A stretch of 63,534 bases of DNA, counting the filler. It is 5 parts of 5 records of this genome, joined end to end, with 100 filler letters (N's around TTAATTAATTAA, not from the genome) between each part and the next. Parts side by side here need not be neighbours in the genome. Positions count along the whole stretch, not along the records: positions 23,292 to 40,740 come from SRR22947725_375; 4 more parts are not named here. One strand, 5' to 3'. Both the position numbers and the translations under genes were made by a program. Position 1 is the first letter of the stretch. Each line of letters opens with the position of its first letter. Below are positions 27,553-37,285 of this stretch, piece by piece. The notes under the pieces were generated by a model, which was not told the origin of the DNA, made no database searches, and saw only the letters and a list, made by a program, of their open reading frames with translations.

Positions 27553-28313
27553 AACTGATAATCAATGATTAAAGGAGAGTGATCTGAAAAGCGCTCCTCT
27601 TTGTATATTTCACATGAGGTTGCAGTGCCAGCCATATTTGAACTGACGACATGATAATCAAGGCGCCAGCCAGTATTATTCAGCCAGGCTTGGCCACGGT
27701 TAGACCACCAAGTATATTGGAACTCTTCTTGGTTGATTTCTCGGAAAGAGTCGATATAGCCTAAGTCATCATAAAGTATATCAAGCCATGCCCTCTCTTC
27801 TGGAAGGAAGCCTGAGTTTTTTTGATTAGATCGCCAATTTTTTAGGTCAATTTTTTTATGTGCAATGTTCCAATCACCACAAATTACGTATCTTCTATTA
27901 TCTTTTTTGAGCTCACATAAGTGCGGCAAAAAGCGGTCATAAATAAATTCCATTTTCAGAGCTTGCCTCTCCTCCTTTGATGATCCAGAGGGGAGATAGA
28001 TTGATAGTACGCTGAGGTCACCGAAATCTGCTTGAATAATCCTTCCTTCAGAGTTCATGTCTTCCCATGGACTATAAGATATCTTGTCAGGCTTAGACTT
28101 ACAATAGAGACCAGTCCCGCTATATCCTTTTCGCTCTGCAGGATGATAATACGTATGCATATCGTCAGGATAGAAACGCTCATCAAGCTGATCTTCCTGC
28201 GCTTTAATCTCTTGCAGACAGACAACATCAGCATTCTGTTTTTTAAGCCAATTAAAGAAACCTTTTCTCTCAGCAGCCCTTATTCCATTAACATTAATTG
28301 TTATAATTCTCAT
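27549..28313 (-). CDS. xth: exodeoxyribonuclease III / AP endonuclease
   Basis: NVNGIRA, LQEIK, GDWNIAH, GWRLDY, SDH. Confidence 0.9.
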   Translation of the reverse strand: MRIITINVNGIRAAERKGFFNWLKKQNADVVCLQEIKAQEDQLDERFYPDDMHTYYHPAERKGYSGTGLYCKSKPDKISYSPWEDMNSEGRIIQADFGDLSVLSIYLPSGSSKEERQALKMEFIYDRFLPHLCELKKDNRRYVICGDWNIAHKKIDLKNWRSNQKNSGFLPEERAWLDILYDDLGYIDSFREINQEEFQYTWWSNRGQAWLNNTGWRLDYHVVSSNMAGTATSCEIYKEERFSDHSPLIIDYQL

Positions 28314-28344
28314 ATCGCTTATTTTAATTGTTTAGGAATATTGG

Positions 28345-28986
28345 ATGGAACAGTATCAAAAGGATTTTGTTGATTTTACGTTAGAGACTGGCGTTCTTAA
28401 ATTTGGAGAATTTACACTTAAATCAGGCAGGATTAGTCCCTATTTCTTTAATGCAGGTCTATTCAACAAGGGCAGTCACTTATCTGAATTAGGAAAGTTC
28501 TACGCGCAAGCCATTGAAGCGAGTACGCTAAAGTTTGATGTGTTGTTTGGCCCTGCATACAAGGGCATACCTCTTGCAGCTGCTGCCTCTATTGCACTTA
28601 ATGACAGTTTTAATCATAATGTTCCGTACAGCTTTAATCGAAAAGAGGCAAAAGATCATGGTGAGGGCGGAAGCATAGTTGGCCACCCCCTGGAAGGAGA
28701 TATTTTGATTATTGATGACGTTATAACAGCAGGAACTGCGATTAGAGAGGCTCAAGATATTATCCAAAATTATGGGGCAAATGCGAAAGGTGTTATTGTG
28801 GCTCTTGACAGACAAGAGAAAGGGAAGGGTGAGCTTTCAGCCATACAAGAAGTAGAGCAGATATTTGGCATTACGGTTTTAAGCATCATCAATTTGTCTC
28901 ATATCATTGACTATTTGAAGACAAGCGATGATTCAAAAATCCTAGCTAAAATTCAGAGCTACAGATCGCAGTACGGGATCAGTTAA
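28345..28986 (+). CDS. pyrE: orotate phosphoribosyltransferase
   Basis: [36 protein letters not shown]. Confidence 0.96.
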   Translation: MEQYQKDFVDFTLETGVLKFGEFTLKSGRISPYFFNAGLFNKGSHLSELGKFYAQAIEASTLKFDVLFGPAYKGIPLAAAASIALNDSFNHNVPYSFNRKEAKDHGEGGSIVGHPLEGDILIIDDVITAGTAIREAQDIIQNYGANAKGVIVALDRQEKGKGELSAIQEVEQIFGITVLSIINLSHIIDYLKTSDDSKILAKIQSYRSQYGIS

Positions 28987-28994
28987 ACTTCCAA

Positions 28995-29435
28995 TTAGGT
29001 CTTAACAGGCTCGACAATAAAAGTAGACGCCTCAACGCCAACAATTTTAACGCTCTGACCCACACTGAGATCAGTGCCCTCAGCGAACCAAAGTGACTTA
29101 CCTATTTGAACTTTAATGACCCCATCCTTCATTGAGTTGACTTTACATTCTTTTCCGATATAAGTCTTGGCCTTCTCGTTTAATTCATCGTCAACTGTTT
29201 TAACAGGATAATATTTTTTAGAAAGGTATGTTGCGGCAACTGAAATGGCTAGGAAAGTTAATAATTGTATGAGCCCATCATCACCTGGAATGAGATAAAA
29301 AACAATACTCACGGTGATTGCTGAGGCGCCAACCCAGAGAAGAAATGTTGTCCATAAGAACAGCTCTAGAATGATGAGTGCAAGGCCCAAAACTAACCAA
29401 TGCATGAAGTTTAAATTATCAAATAATATTTCCAT
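28995..29435 (-). CDS. NfeD-like (YbbJ-type) membrane protein
   Basis: N-terminal TM helices followed by an OB-fold (IKVQIGKSLWFAE...VKIVGVE). Confidence 0.82.
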   Translation of the reverse strand: MEILFDNLNFMHWLVLGLALIILELFLWTTFLLWVGASAITVSIVFYLIPGDDGLIQLLTFLAISVAATYLSKKYYPVKTVDDELNEKAKTYIGKECKVNSMKDGVIKVQIGKSLWFAEGTDLSVGQSVKIVGVEASTFIVEPVKT

Positions 29436-29525
29436 GTAGATAATTTTATATTCTTTCTAATAGGCCATTAAATTTTTCTTTATTTTTTCTTAATTTTGGT
29501 TCATAATGCCCTTAGGAGGCTATGT

Positions 29526-30416
29526 ATGCAAGTAAAAAATGAGTCTGACAACAAAGAACTGATTGATCAATTTCATCGAGATGGCTATATTTTCTTTGAA
29601 AATGCAATTACCAGTGAGCAATTAGCATCACTTAATGCTGAGCTTGCCAGCTGGGTTGATGAAAGTAAAAGCCACAAAAAGCCTTTTGGAAAGATAAAGG
29701 ATGGAAGGCCTCGATTTGATATTGAGCCTAAAACTCATTCTGAAAGCACACCAGCAGTGAGAAGGATCACATCACCAGCAGAAATTTCAGAGATATGCCT
29801 TGACGTGGTAAAAGATAACAATGCATTGGATCTGGTGACTGAGATATTTGGTCCAAATATCACACACCTTGGCAATAAAATAAATCTCAAGTTGCCTGGC
29901 TCAGGCACTGAGGTGAAGTTCCATCAGGACTTTCCTTTCGAGCCTCATTCCAATGAAGATATTATGACTGTTCTTTATTTTTTAGATGATGTGACCCTTG
30001 AAAACGGGCCGCTTGAGGTTGTTCCTGGAACCCATAATGGACCACTACACTCTCATTGGCATAAGGGCATTTTTACTGGAGCTGTTGCTGAAAATGTTGC
30101 ATCTGAAAATCAAAAAAATGCGCTAAGTTGTATTGGTAAAGCAGGGTCAGCTTGCCTTATGCATTCAAAATTGCTGCATGGTTCAGCACCAAACCGATCT
30201 TCACTGCCAAGGTCATTATTCATCATTACCTATAAAGCTGAGGATGCAGTTGCACTCTCTCCAAACCACCTCCCAAGTGATCTAGTTGGCTTGGTTGTCA
30301 GGGGCAAAGAGACTGGTACTGTGAGGTGTACTAGCTATAGTATCGAGTTGCCAGAATACCCAAAAGAGGTTTCCTTTTTTGGACAGCAATCCAAAAGTAA
30401 AAATATTGCAATGTAA
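29526..30416 (+). CDS. PhyH-family Fe(II)/2-oxoglutarate dioxygenase
   Basis: FHRDGY, KINLKLP, HQD, NGPLEVVPGTH, HGSAPN..R. ATG 29526 has an AGGAGG RBS. Confidence 0.88.
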   Translation: MQVKNESDNKELIDQFHRDGYIFFENAITSEQLASLNAELASWVDESKSHKKPFGKIKDGRPRFDIEPKTHSESTPAVRRITSPAEISEICLDVVKDNNALDLVTEIFGPNITHLGNKINLKLPGSGTEVKFHQDFPFEPHSNEDIMTVLYFLDDVTLENGPLEVVPGTHNGPLHSHWHKGIFTGAVAENVASENQKNALSCIGKAGSACLMHSKLLHGSAPNRSSLPRSLFIITYKAEDAVALSPNHLPSDLVGLVVRGKETGTVRCTSYSIELPEYPKEVSFFGQQSKSKNIAM

Positions 30417-30490
30417 AAAAACTTAAAGCTAGAATATCAAAGGGGACACAAATCGATTTAATCAAAATAATTTCTATAGTCGGTGATGAG

Positions 30491-31588
30491 TTGGTCATAG
30501 ATTGGAGTGATGGAAACAAAAGCTCTCTTTATAGTCTTTGGCTAAGAGACCACTGTCAGATGCCTGAATCAAGAAACTTAGATAATGGGCAAAGATTGTT
30601 TAGCGTTAAAGATCTGCCCTCTAATATTACTATTGAAAAGGCTTATAAGGATGCTGAGGGAAGTGTTTGCGTGATGTTTCAACCTGAAAATCACTTGTCA
30701 GTCTTTTGTCAGAAGTGGCTCAGGGAAAACTGCTATGAACTCAACAGTCATTTCGAGGATAGGAGCGAAAAGTCCAAAAAATTATGGCAAAAAGACAGCT
30801 TTGAGAATGGACTACCGTTTATCAGCTATGACTTGATGCGTTCTGATGATACCTCCAAGGTCTTAGCGCTTAGGTCGCTTAGAGAGTCTGGTTTCTTTAT
30901 TTTAAATGACGTTCCAACCCAAGACGGCCAAGTATTGAAAGTGATTAGTGAGTTGGGGTTTACTAGAGAGACAAACTATGGGGCTTTGTTTGAGGTAAGA
31001 ACAGAGGTCAACCCGAATAACCTTGCCTTTACCAATCTCGGGCTTGGCTCTCACACAGATAATCCTTACAGGGATCCTGTTCCAACAGTCCAATTACTGC
31101 ATTGCCTTGAGAGCTCTACTGAGGGTGGAGAGTCAATTTTGGTTGATGGTTTTAAAGCCGCATCTATTCTTCGAGAAGAGAGTGAAGAGAGCTTTCTATC
31201 CTTAGCAAATACCTGGGTTAATTATCGCTTTTCAGACAGTAAAACTGAGCTTCGCTCAAGGGTACCGATGATTGAGTTAAATGATAAAAAAGAAGTTATC
31301 AAGGTTCGATACAACAACCGTTCAATCGATACGATCAATGTGCCTCAAGATAAAATGAGGTCTTTTTATAAGGCATACCGTCATTGGAGTGAGGTCATTG
31401 AGAGGGATGAATTAAAGATTCAATTCAAGCTATCTGAGGGCGATTTAATGCTTTTTGATAATACTCGAGTGATGCACGCTAGAACAGAATTCTCTAAATC
31501 TGGAAAACGCCATCTGCAGGGGGCATATTCTGATTTAGATGGCCTTTACAGTCTCCTAAATACATTAGAAGATAAAAAAAATGACTGA
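30491..31588 (+). CDS. tmpA: gamma-butyrobetaine hydroxylase-like dioxygenase; probable 2-(trimethylammonio)ethylphosphonate hydroxylase
   Basis: WLRDHC, HTDNPY, DNTRVMHAR. Overlaps the downstream HD oxygenase gene as in tmpAB. The start may be ATC 30452. Confidence 0.75.
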   Translation: MVIDWSDGNKSSLYSLWLRDHCQMPESRNLDNGQRLFSVKDLPSNITIEKAYKDAEGSVCVMFQPENHLSVFCQKWLRENCYELNSHFEDRSEKSKKLWQKDSFENGLPFISYDLMRSDDTSKVLALRSLRESGFFILNDVPTQDGQVLKVISELGFTRETNYGALFEVRTEVNPNNLAFTNLGLGSHTDNPYRDPVPTVQLLHCLESSTEGGESILVDGFKAASILREESEESFLSLANTWVNYRFSDSKTELRSRVPMIELNDKKEVIKVRYNNRSIDTINVPQDKMRSFYKAYRHWSEVIERDELKIQFKLSEGDLMLFDNTRVMHARTEFSKSGKRHLQGAYSDLDGLYSLLNTLEDKKND

Positions 31589-32144
31589 GATTACTCCGCA
31601 AAATATTGTAGACCTTATTGAAGATATTTTTCTTCGGCGCGGCGCCGAATCGTACCTTGGTGAGGAGGTCACGATGGCACAGCACATGCTTCAAACAGCT
31701 CAATGTGCTGAAGAGGCTGGTGCTGATAGTGCTCAAATAGTGTCAGCCCTTCTTCATGACATAGGTCATTACAAAAATGAAATCCCTGAGTCATTTTTGG
31801 CAAAGGGAGTGAACAACTTTCATGAGGAGGCGGGCGCTAATTTTCTTGAGGAGTATTTCCCAGCATCCGTTGTCGAACCGATTCGTCAGCATGTTGCAGC
31901 AAAACGTTATTTGTGTGCAGTGAGGTTAGATTATTTTGAGCGCTTGTCACCAGCATCGGTCCACACTCTAAACCTACAGGGAGGCCCAATGAATGAGAAG
32001 GAAATACAGGAATTTGAAAAAAATCAGTATTTAGATCAGTGTATAAATTTAAGATATTGGGATGAAGAGGGAAAAGATCCAGATAGAGAGCATCCACCAT
32101 TTTCATACTATCGTCCATTAATTGACTCCCTAGTAAAAAATTAA
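31581..32144 (+). CDS. tmpB: HD-domain diiron phosphonate oxygenase (TmpB/PhnZ family)
   Basis: YLGEEVT..HMLQ, LLHDIGH, HEEAGA, HVAAKRYL, LQGGPM, WDEEGK. Confidence 0.8.
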   Translation: MTEITPQNIVDLIEDIFLRRGAESYLGEEVTMAQHMLQTAQCAEEAGADSAQIVSALLHDIGHYKNEIPESFLAKGVNNFHEEAGANFLEEYFPASVVEPIRQHVAAKRYLCAVRLDYFERLSPASVHTLNLQGGPMNEKEIQEFEKNQYLDQCINLRYWDEEGKDPDREHPPFSYYRPLIDSLVKN

Positions 32145-32301
32145 CTTTTTTAATTTAGATCTTAACTTGACTCTTTCAAAAGAGTAAGATTAAGCCCGTA
32201 TACAATAAACCCTCAGGTATATATAATATCTCAGAGTGTTATATAGCGCCTATCGAGCTATATATTTGTTAAATTTATAAAACGATGAATTAAATCAATA
32301 A

Positions 32302-32766
32302 ATGAGTAACAGTAAATTATTAATAATTAATGGACCTGGATTATCGGATTTAAGCAGTGATAATGTGACAGCTAATGAAGACTTATCTTTGTCTGGTATT
32401 GAGCAAAAATGTATTGAGACCTCTGGAGAATTTGGTCTTGAAGTGGATTTTCGTCAAAATGATGATGAATCTGAGCTTTTGAGTGGCTTGATTAATGATA
32501 TTAATAATTTTGATGCTTTCATAATTAATCCAGCTGCACTCTCAAAATCATCAGTGATAAATTACGATGCTTTTAGTTCAGCAATTAGTGAAATTAGCAA
32601 TCAAAGTAAGCCAGTTATTGAAGTCCGTATAGAAAATATCTTCAAGCGGAATGTCAGTAAGCCTTTGCAAGTCCCTGAGAGTGGATTAGGCTTTATTGGC
32701 GGACTTGGTAAGCATGGTTACGTGCTGGCTATTCGGTCAATTAACAAAAAACTAAGCAATCAATAA
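32302..32766 (+). CDS. type II dehydroquinase-like protein with degenerate active site
   Basis: IINGP, INPAA, IEV..N and GLGKHGY are retained. The lid R/Y and catalytic His are replaced. Confidence 0.72.
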   Translation: MSNSKLLIINGPGLSDLSSDNVTANEDLSLSGIEQKCIETSGEFGLEVDFRQNDDESELLSGLINDINNFDAFIINPAALSKSSVINYDAFSSAISEISNQSKPVIEVRIENIFKRNVSKPLQVPESGLGFIGGLGKHGYVLAIRSINKKLSNQ

Positions 32767-33210
32767 ATGAATATATACGTCATAAATGGTCCAAACATAA
32801 ATCTTTTAGGTACGCGTGAGCCTGAAATTTATGGCAGGGAGACTCTAGAAGGTATTGCTATAGATTGCAAAGAAAAAGCATCAAAAGATGGCCATATTGT
32901 TAAATTTATGCAGTCTAATTATGAGGGTGAGATTGTAGAATGGATCCAAGAAGCAATCATGCAGAAAGTAGATGCGATTGTAATCAATGCTGCTGCATAT
33001 ACTCATACATCAATCGCCATTCATGATGCATTAAAGTCATATTCAGGTTACAAGGTTGAGTTACACATTTCCAATCCACATCTGCGTGAATCATTTCGCC
33101 ACGTTTCTTTTATTTCTCCCGCAGTTGATGCAGTTATTGCTGGGTTGGGGGCTGAAGGTTACGGCCATGTTGTTGATCTATTATCAGAGTTACCCATTAA
33201 GGTTAATTAA
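32767..33210 (+). CDS. aroQ: type II 3-dehydroquinate dehydratase
   Basis: NGPNINLLGTREPEIYG, QSNYEG, AYTHTS, ELHISNPHLRESFRH. Confidence 0.94.
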   Translation: MNIYVINGPNINLLGTREPEIYGRETLEGIAIDCKEKASKDGHIVKFMQSNYEGEIVEWIQEAIMQKVDAIVINAAAYTHTSIAIHDALKSYSGYKVELHISNPHLRESFRHVSFISPAVDAVIAGLGAEGYGHVVDLLSELPIKVN

Positions 33211-34715
33211 AGAAGAATAGGGTAATGCTTTCTAATGGAAGCCTCAATCTCATCCGATAAATAATTTGGATGGTGATTCAGTAATTCTTTGGCTTTAGTT
33301 TTGGCTCTGCTAAGATGATCTAGGGCTCCTTGCTCTTGCCATACAGTCGGCTCCTCTCGGTCAGCAATCGATGGATAAAAATAATCCCTTTCCATAGATA
33401 GCATGGTTTCTGGTTGACCTAAAAAATGACCCGTATCACTGACGACAGATTGAATCGAATCAAACTCTAAACTTTGGTCATTGACCTCTATCCCTCTTAT
33501 CATTCTATACACAAGCGATAGCATCTCATCATCCATAACGAAGGCCTCAAATGATGCACCCAATAAACTTGCCATCATTCCAGAGGATTCATAGACCATG
33601 TTTCCACCTGCTAAACCGCATGCCAAGGCAGTGAGAGCTTTCTCCATTCCCATTTGAGCATCAGGCGCTTTGGCGTCGCTCATACTTGAAGCGCATCCCG
33701 AGGGTAAACCTAGAGAGTTTGACAACTGCGCCGATGCAGCATTGAGTAATGCCATCTCGCCGCTTCCTCCTCTGAAAGCGCCAGTTCTTAAATCGATAGC
33801 AAGAGGCCAATTACCAAAAATCATTGGGTATCCAGGTTCAAAAACATTCGTCATTATGAGGGTTGAGAGGGTTTCAGCTAAGGTCAGTGAGAGTGACCCT
33901 GCGATTGGTCCAGGTGAGGTGGCTCCTGGCATGGCAGCAATAATATTATTAATTGGAACGCCTCTTTTCATGCAGGATATGGCAACCATGACCGCATCTT
34001 CGCCAAATTTAAGAGGCGATATGACAGGACTGATATGAGCTTTGCAAAAAGGCTTTTCAGAAAACTTACCTTTCCCACCAAGAGCCATATCAAACATGTC
34101 AATTATGGGATCAACATGTTCGTCAATATGAAAGCTCATTCCTACCGGCTTGGTTGTTCCTTTGAGAAGGGCGTAGGCGGTATTGACGTCAAGTTCATAG
34201 TTATCATGAACATCGGTTGCAATGCAGCAGCGTGTAAACCAACTTACATTTGGTAACTGGTCTATCAGACGAGTAAAGTCATATAAGTCTGCTAAGGTCG
34301 AAGGACGATACTCTTCAGTGTCAATATCTAAAGTCTGAACTGCTGCGCCTCCTGTACCGAAATATACTTTATCACCCCCAACGACTATGTCATGCTTTGA
34401 TTCTCGACCGTAGAATGTAAATTCTTTGCAGGCAGATGAGATGATGCTTTCAACCATTGATGCTGGGAAACATAATCTATTCTGAGAGTTAATTTTTGCT
34501 CCATGCGCTAAGGCCTGCTTTTCAAGAACTTTTGGAACGTCGGTCATTCCAATTTGCTCTAGTATCCGTAATGACTCGTTATAAATTGTTTTGACTTGAG
34601 AGTCTGAGAGTGGCTTGTATTGACCTCCAGACTGACCAGGGGGGCATGGGTTGATTTCAGGAGCCTTGGCTCTCTGGGCTTGTTTGGCTGCTCGTGCTGA
34701 TTGTCTTCTTGCCAT
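33207..34715 (-). CDS. mttB: MttB-family (non-pyrrolysine) methyltransferase, glycine betaine type
   Basis: GTGGAA, ISPL, GATSP, DLRTGA, DAKAPDAQMGME, GHFL. No in-frame amber codon. Confidence 0.88.
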   Translation of the reverse strand: MARRQSARAAKQAQRAKAPEINPCPPGQSGGQYKPLSDSQVKTIYNESLRILEQIGMTDVPKVLEKQALAHGAKINSQNRLCFPASMVESIISSACKEFTFYGRESKHDIVVGGDKVYFGTGGAAVQTLDIDTEEYRPSTLADLYDFTRLIDQLPNVSWFTRCCIATDVHDNYELDVNTAYALLKGTTKPVGMSFHIDEHVDPIIDMFDMALGGKGKFSEKPFCKAHISPVISPLKFGEDAVMVAISCMKRGVPINNIIAAMPGATSPGPIAGSLSLTLAETLSTLIMTNVFEPGYPMIFGNWPLAIDLRTGAFRGGSGEMALLNAASAQLSNSLGLPSGCASSMSDAKAPDAQMGMEKALTALACGLAGGNMVYESSGMMASLLGASFEAFVMDDEMLSLVYRMIRGIEVNDQSLEFDSIQSVVSDTGHFLGQPETMLSMERDYFYPSIADREEPTVWQEQGALDHLSRAKTKAKELLNHHPNYLSDEIEASIRKHYPILL

Positions 34716-34729
34716 CAATTATTCCTAGG

Positions 34730-37165
34730 TTACGCTAGTATCCTACTATAGCTTTCATCGTAGGGTCCAAATGGAATGACCTCAACAGAGACCAATTCTC
34801 CTAATAAATCTAAATGCATTTGTGTCCCCTCTTTTGATTTGTCAATGTTTACAAATGCATAGGCAAGGTTGAGATTAACTCTGTGACCCCACTCGCCAGA
34901 TGTAATTGTTCCAACTACTTTTCCATCCTCCATAAGCGATGCTCCACCATATGCTGGGGCATGTTTGCAAGCTACCTTTAGACAGACAAGTTTTTGATTT
35001 GGGCTTTGTTTAATTCGATTTTTTAATCCCTCTTTGCCAATAAAGTTATCTTTCTTTAGATTCACGAAGCGGTCAAGGCCAGTTTCAAAAGGATCAAACT
35101 CAGTGATTAAATCAGACTTCCAACCCAAAAACCCTTTTTCCATTCTCATGGACTCTACGGCTCTAGATCCGAAGAGCTTCATTCCAAACTCTTCTCCTGC
35201 TTTAGTAAGTGCTAGGTATGCGGCATATAGAGATTCATTGGGTACATGTACCTCATATGCAAGCTCACCTGAGAAGCTAACTGACATGACGGTGGCCGCA
35301 GAAAAGCCAATGAAACATTCTCTAACACTGAGCCAAGGAAAAGCCTCTTTACTCCAGTCTTCTCGACTACACTTAGACAAAACATCTCTAGATTTAGGTC
35401 CAGCCAAAAGAAGGATTGTTTGGTCGTTTGTTAAGCTTTTAATTCCAACGTCTTCATCATCTCTTAAGTGCTGATTAAGCCAGTCCATATCATGAAACTC
35501 AGAGGCCGCAGCTGAGCCATACCACATTCTTTTTGGGCCACGATCTGAAGCCGGAATGTTGGATATAGTGGCTTCACTTTTTATCATTCCGAAGTCATTG
35601 AGAAGGTAACCTAAACCAACTCGACCTAACTTCTGGGTAATGTTGCCGCAAAACATTCGGTCAAGAAAACTGTTGGCAGCTGAGCCAGTAATTTCAAATC
35701 GATTAAAGCCATTCACTTCGGTAAGTCCTACATTATTTTGGACATTTTTTACTTCGTTTGCGACAACATCAAATGCTTCATCAAAGTGAAACGAGAGAGA
35801 AGGGTGGAAGTCTTTTGAGGGCTTAATATATTCAACACGCTCCCATCCATTAATCACTGTAAATTCTGCATTTGCATTTGCCATGACTGGAGTTAGAGGA
35901 GTAGTTTTCGCATGGCGAGCTGCGGGGCGGTGCTCGTGTGGAAAGTGAAAACGAAATTCGTTTTGATAGTCTTCGATAGCCTTTAAGGAAGTCATTTCAA
36001 CATTTGTGTGTGAGGTAAATCTGCGTGGATCCAGGCACCATGTGTCATAACATGCTTCACCATGAACAATTTGTTGAGCAAGGAGCCAGCCATGCCCGCC
36101 ACCTTCACCAAGGCCTGCCCTTAAGCCAATGATGCAGAAGGCATTTTCTTTTCCAGGAATTTTTCCAACCAGTGGGGCTCCATCAATTGTATAAGTAATT
36201 GGGCCATTAATGACACTTCTTATTCCAGCATTCATTAACGAAGGCATTCGATCAAATGCTCCCTCTAATACATCTGTAACTCTCTCTAAATCATCTGGAC
36301 AAAGAGCATTGACAAAGTTTGGATCAATCCCATCCATTCCCCACGTTTTACAATTTTGTTCGTAAAACCCAATAAGAAGGCCATTCTTATCTTGTCGACA
36401 ATAATAGTCAGATATTGGGCACCTTAAAAGAGGCATTCGGCGACCTGAATCTATAATCTCTTGAATATCTTCGGTCAGAAAATACTGATGCTCCATTGAG
36501 GCTACTGGATGATGAACACCCATCATTGCGCCAACCTCGTTAACCCTATATCCACAGGCATTTACAACAACATCACAATCAACCCCACCATTTTTGGTGG
36601 TTACTTTCCAGGTCCCATCCTCGTATTGCTCTAGAGCAGTTACTGGATTATTTGTATAGACCTCAGCGCCAGCCTGTCGAGCTTTTCGCGTCAAAGAGTG
36701 ACATAACTGATATGGATCTATATCACCATCTAATGGATCCCACAACCCACCAATTAAGTTTTTTGTTGAAATTAATGGGTGACGTCGATGACATTCTTTG
36801 GCATCTATTACTTCAAAATTAACATCCATGCCCCGAGCCATTGAGGCGAAGTGATGATAACCTTGCATTTGCTCTTTGGTATTGGCAAGCCTTATTCCAC
36901 CATCACCATGATTATAGTTAATTGGATAATCAGGGTCGTCAGCCAATTCTTTGTAAAGATTAATGGAATGTGTTTTTAAACCAACCATTGTTTGATTCAT
37001 TCCAAAATTAGTAACCTGAGCTGCTGAGTGCCAAGTCGTACCACTAGTCAAATCATTTCGCTCAAGAAGAACAACATCTGTCCAACCCTCTTGGGTCAGA
37101 TGATAAAGGGTCGAGCAGCCTGCAATACCACCACCAATGACAACAACCTTTGTTCTAGTTTTCAT
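34730..37165 (-). CDS. dimethylglycine/sarcosine dehydrogenase-like FAD oxidoreductase with GcvT domain
   Basis: IGGGIAG, SGTTWHSA, NGPITYT, SFSGELAYE, RMEKG; 811 aa. Confidence 0.9.
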   Translation of the reverse strand: MKTRTKVVVIGGGIAGCSTLYHLTQEGWTDVVLLERNDLTSGTTWHSAAQVTNFGMNQTMVGLKTHSINLYKELADDPDYPINYNHGDGGIRLANTKEQMQGYHHFASMARGMDVNFEVIDAKECHRRHPLISTKNLIGGLWDPLDGDIDPYQLCHSLTRKARQAGAEVYTNNPVTALEQYEDGTWKVTTKNGGVDCDVVVNACGYRVNEVGAMMGVHHPVASMEHQYFLTEDIQEIIDSGRRMPLLRCPISDYYCRQDKNGLLIGFYEQNCKTWGMDGIDPNFVNALCPDDLERVTDVLEGAFDRMPSLMNAGIRSVINGPITYTIDGAPLVGKIPGKENAFCIIGLRAGLGEGGGHGWLLAQQIVHGEACYDTWCLDPRRFTSHTNVEMTSLKAIEDYQNEFRFHFPHEHRPAARHAKTTPLTPVMANANAEFTVINGWERVEYIKPSKDFHPSLSFHFDEAFDVVANEVKNVQNNVGLTEVNGFNRFEITGSAANSFLDRMFCGNITQKLGRVGLGYLLNDFGMIKSEATISNIPASDRGPKRMWYGSAAASEFHDMDWLNQHLRDDEDVGIKSLTNDQTILLLAGPKSRDVLSKCSREDWSKEAFPWLSVRECFIGFSAATVMSVSFSGELAYEVHVPNESLYAAYLALTKAGEEFGMKLFGSRAVESMRMEKGFLGWKSDLITEFDPFETGLDRFVNLKKDNFIGKEGLKNRIKQSPNQKLVCLKVACKHAPAYGGASLMEDGKVVGTITSGEWGHRVNLNLAYAFVNIDKSKEGTQMHLDLLGELVSVEVIPFGPYDESYSRILA

Positions 37166-37285
37166 AAGAACTCCTATTTATTTTTATATTTTTAACCTTT
37201 TTTTTTCGAAAAAGTTGTTAAAAAACTAAACATACTGTTCGAATATGTTTGACAGGAATATCATAGGATGGGTTAAACTTGCAAA

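Noticed and set aside
27549-28313. Crc catabolite repression protein (divergent from pyrE as in Pseudomonas)
   Set aside because: Nuclease catalytic residues (QE, GDWN, DY, SDH) are retained, so an active AP endonuclease is the simpler call.
33207-34715. Pyrrolysine-containing MttB
   Set aside because: The ORF is uninterrupted, with no in-frame TAG and no pyl genes.
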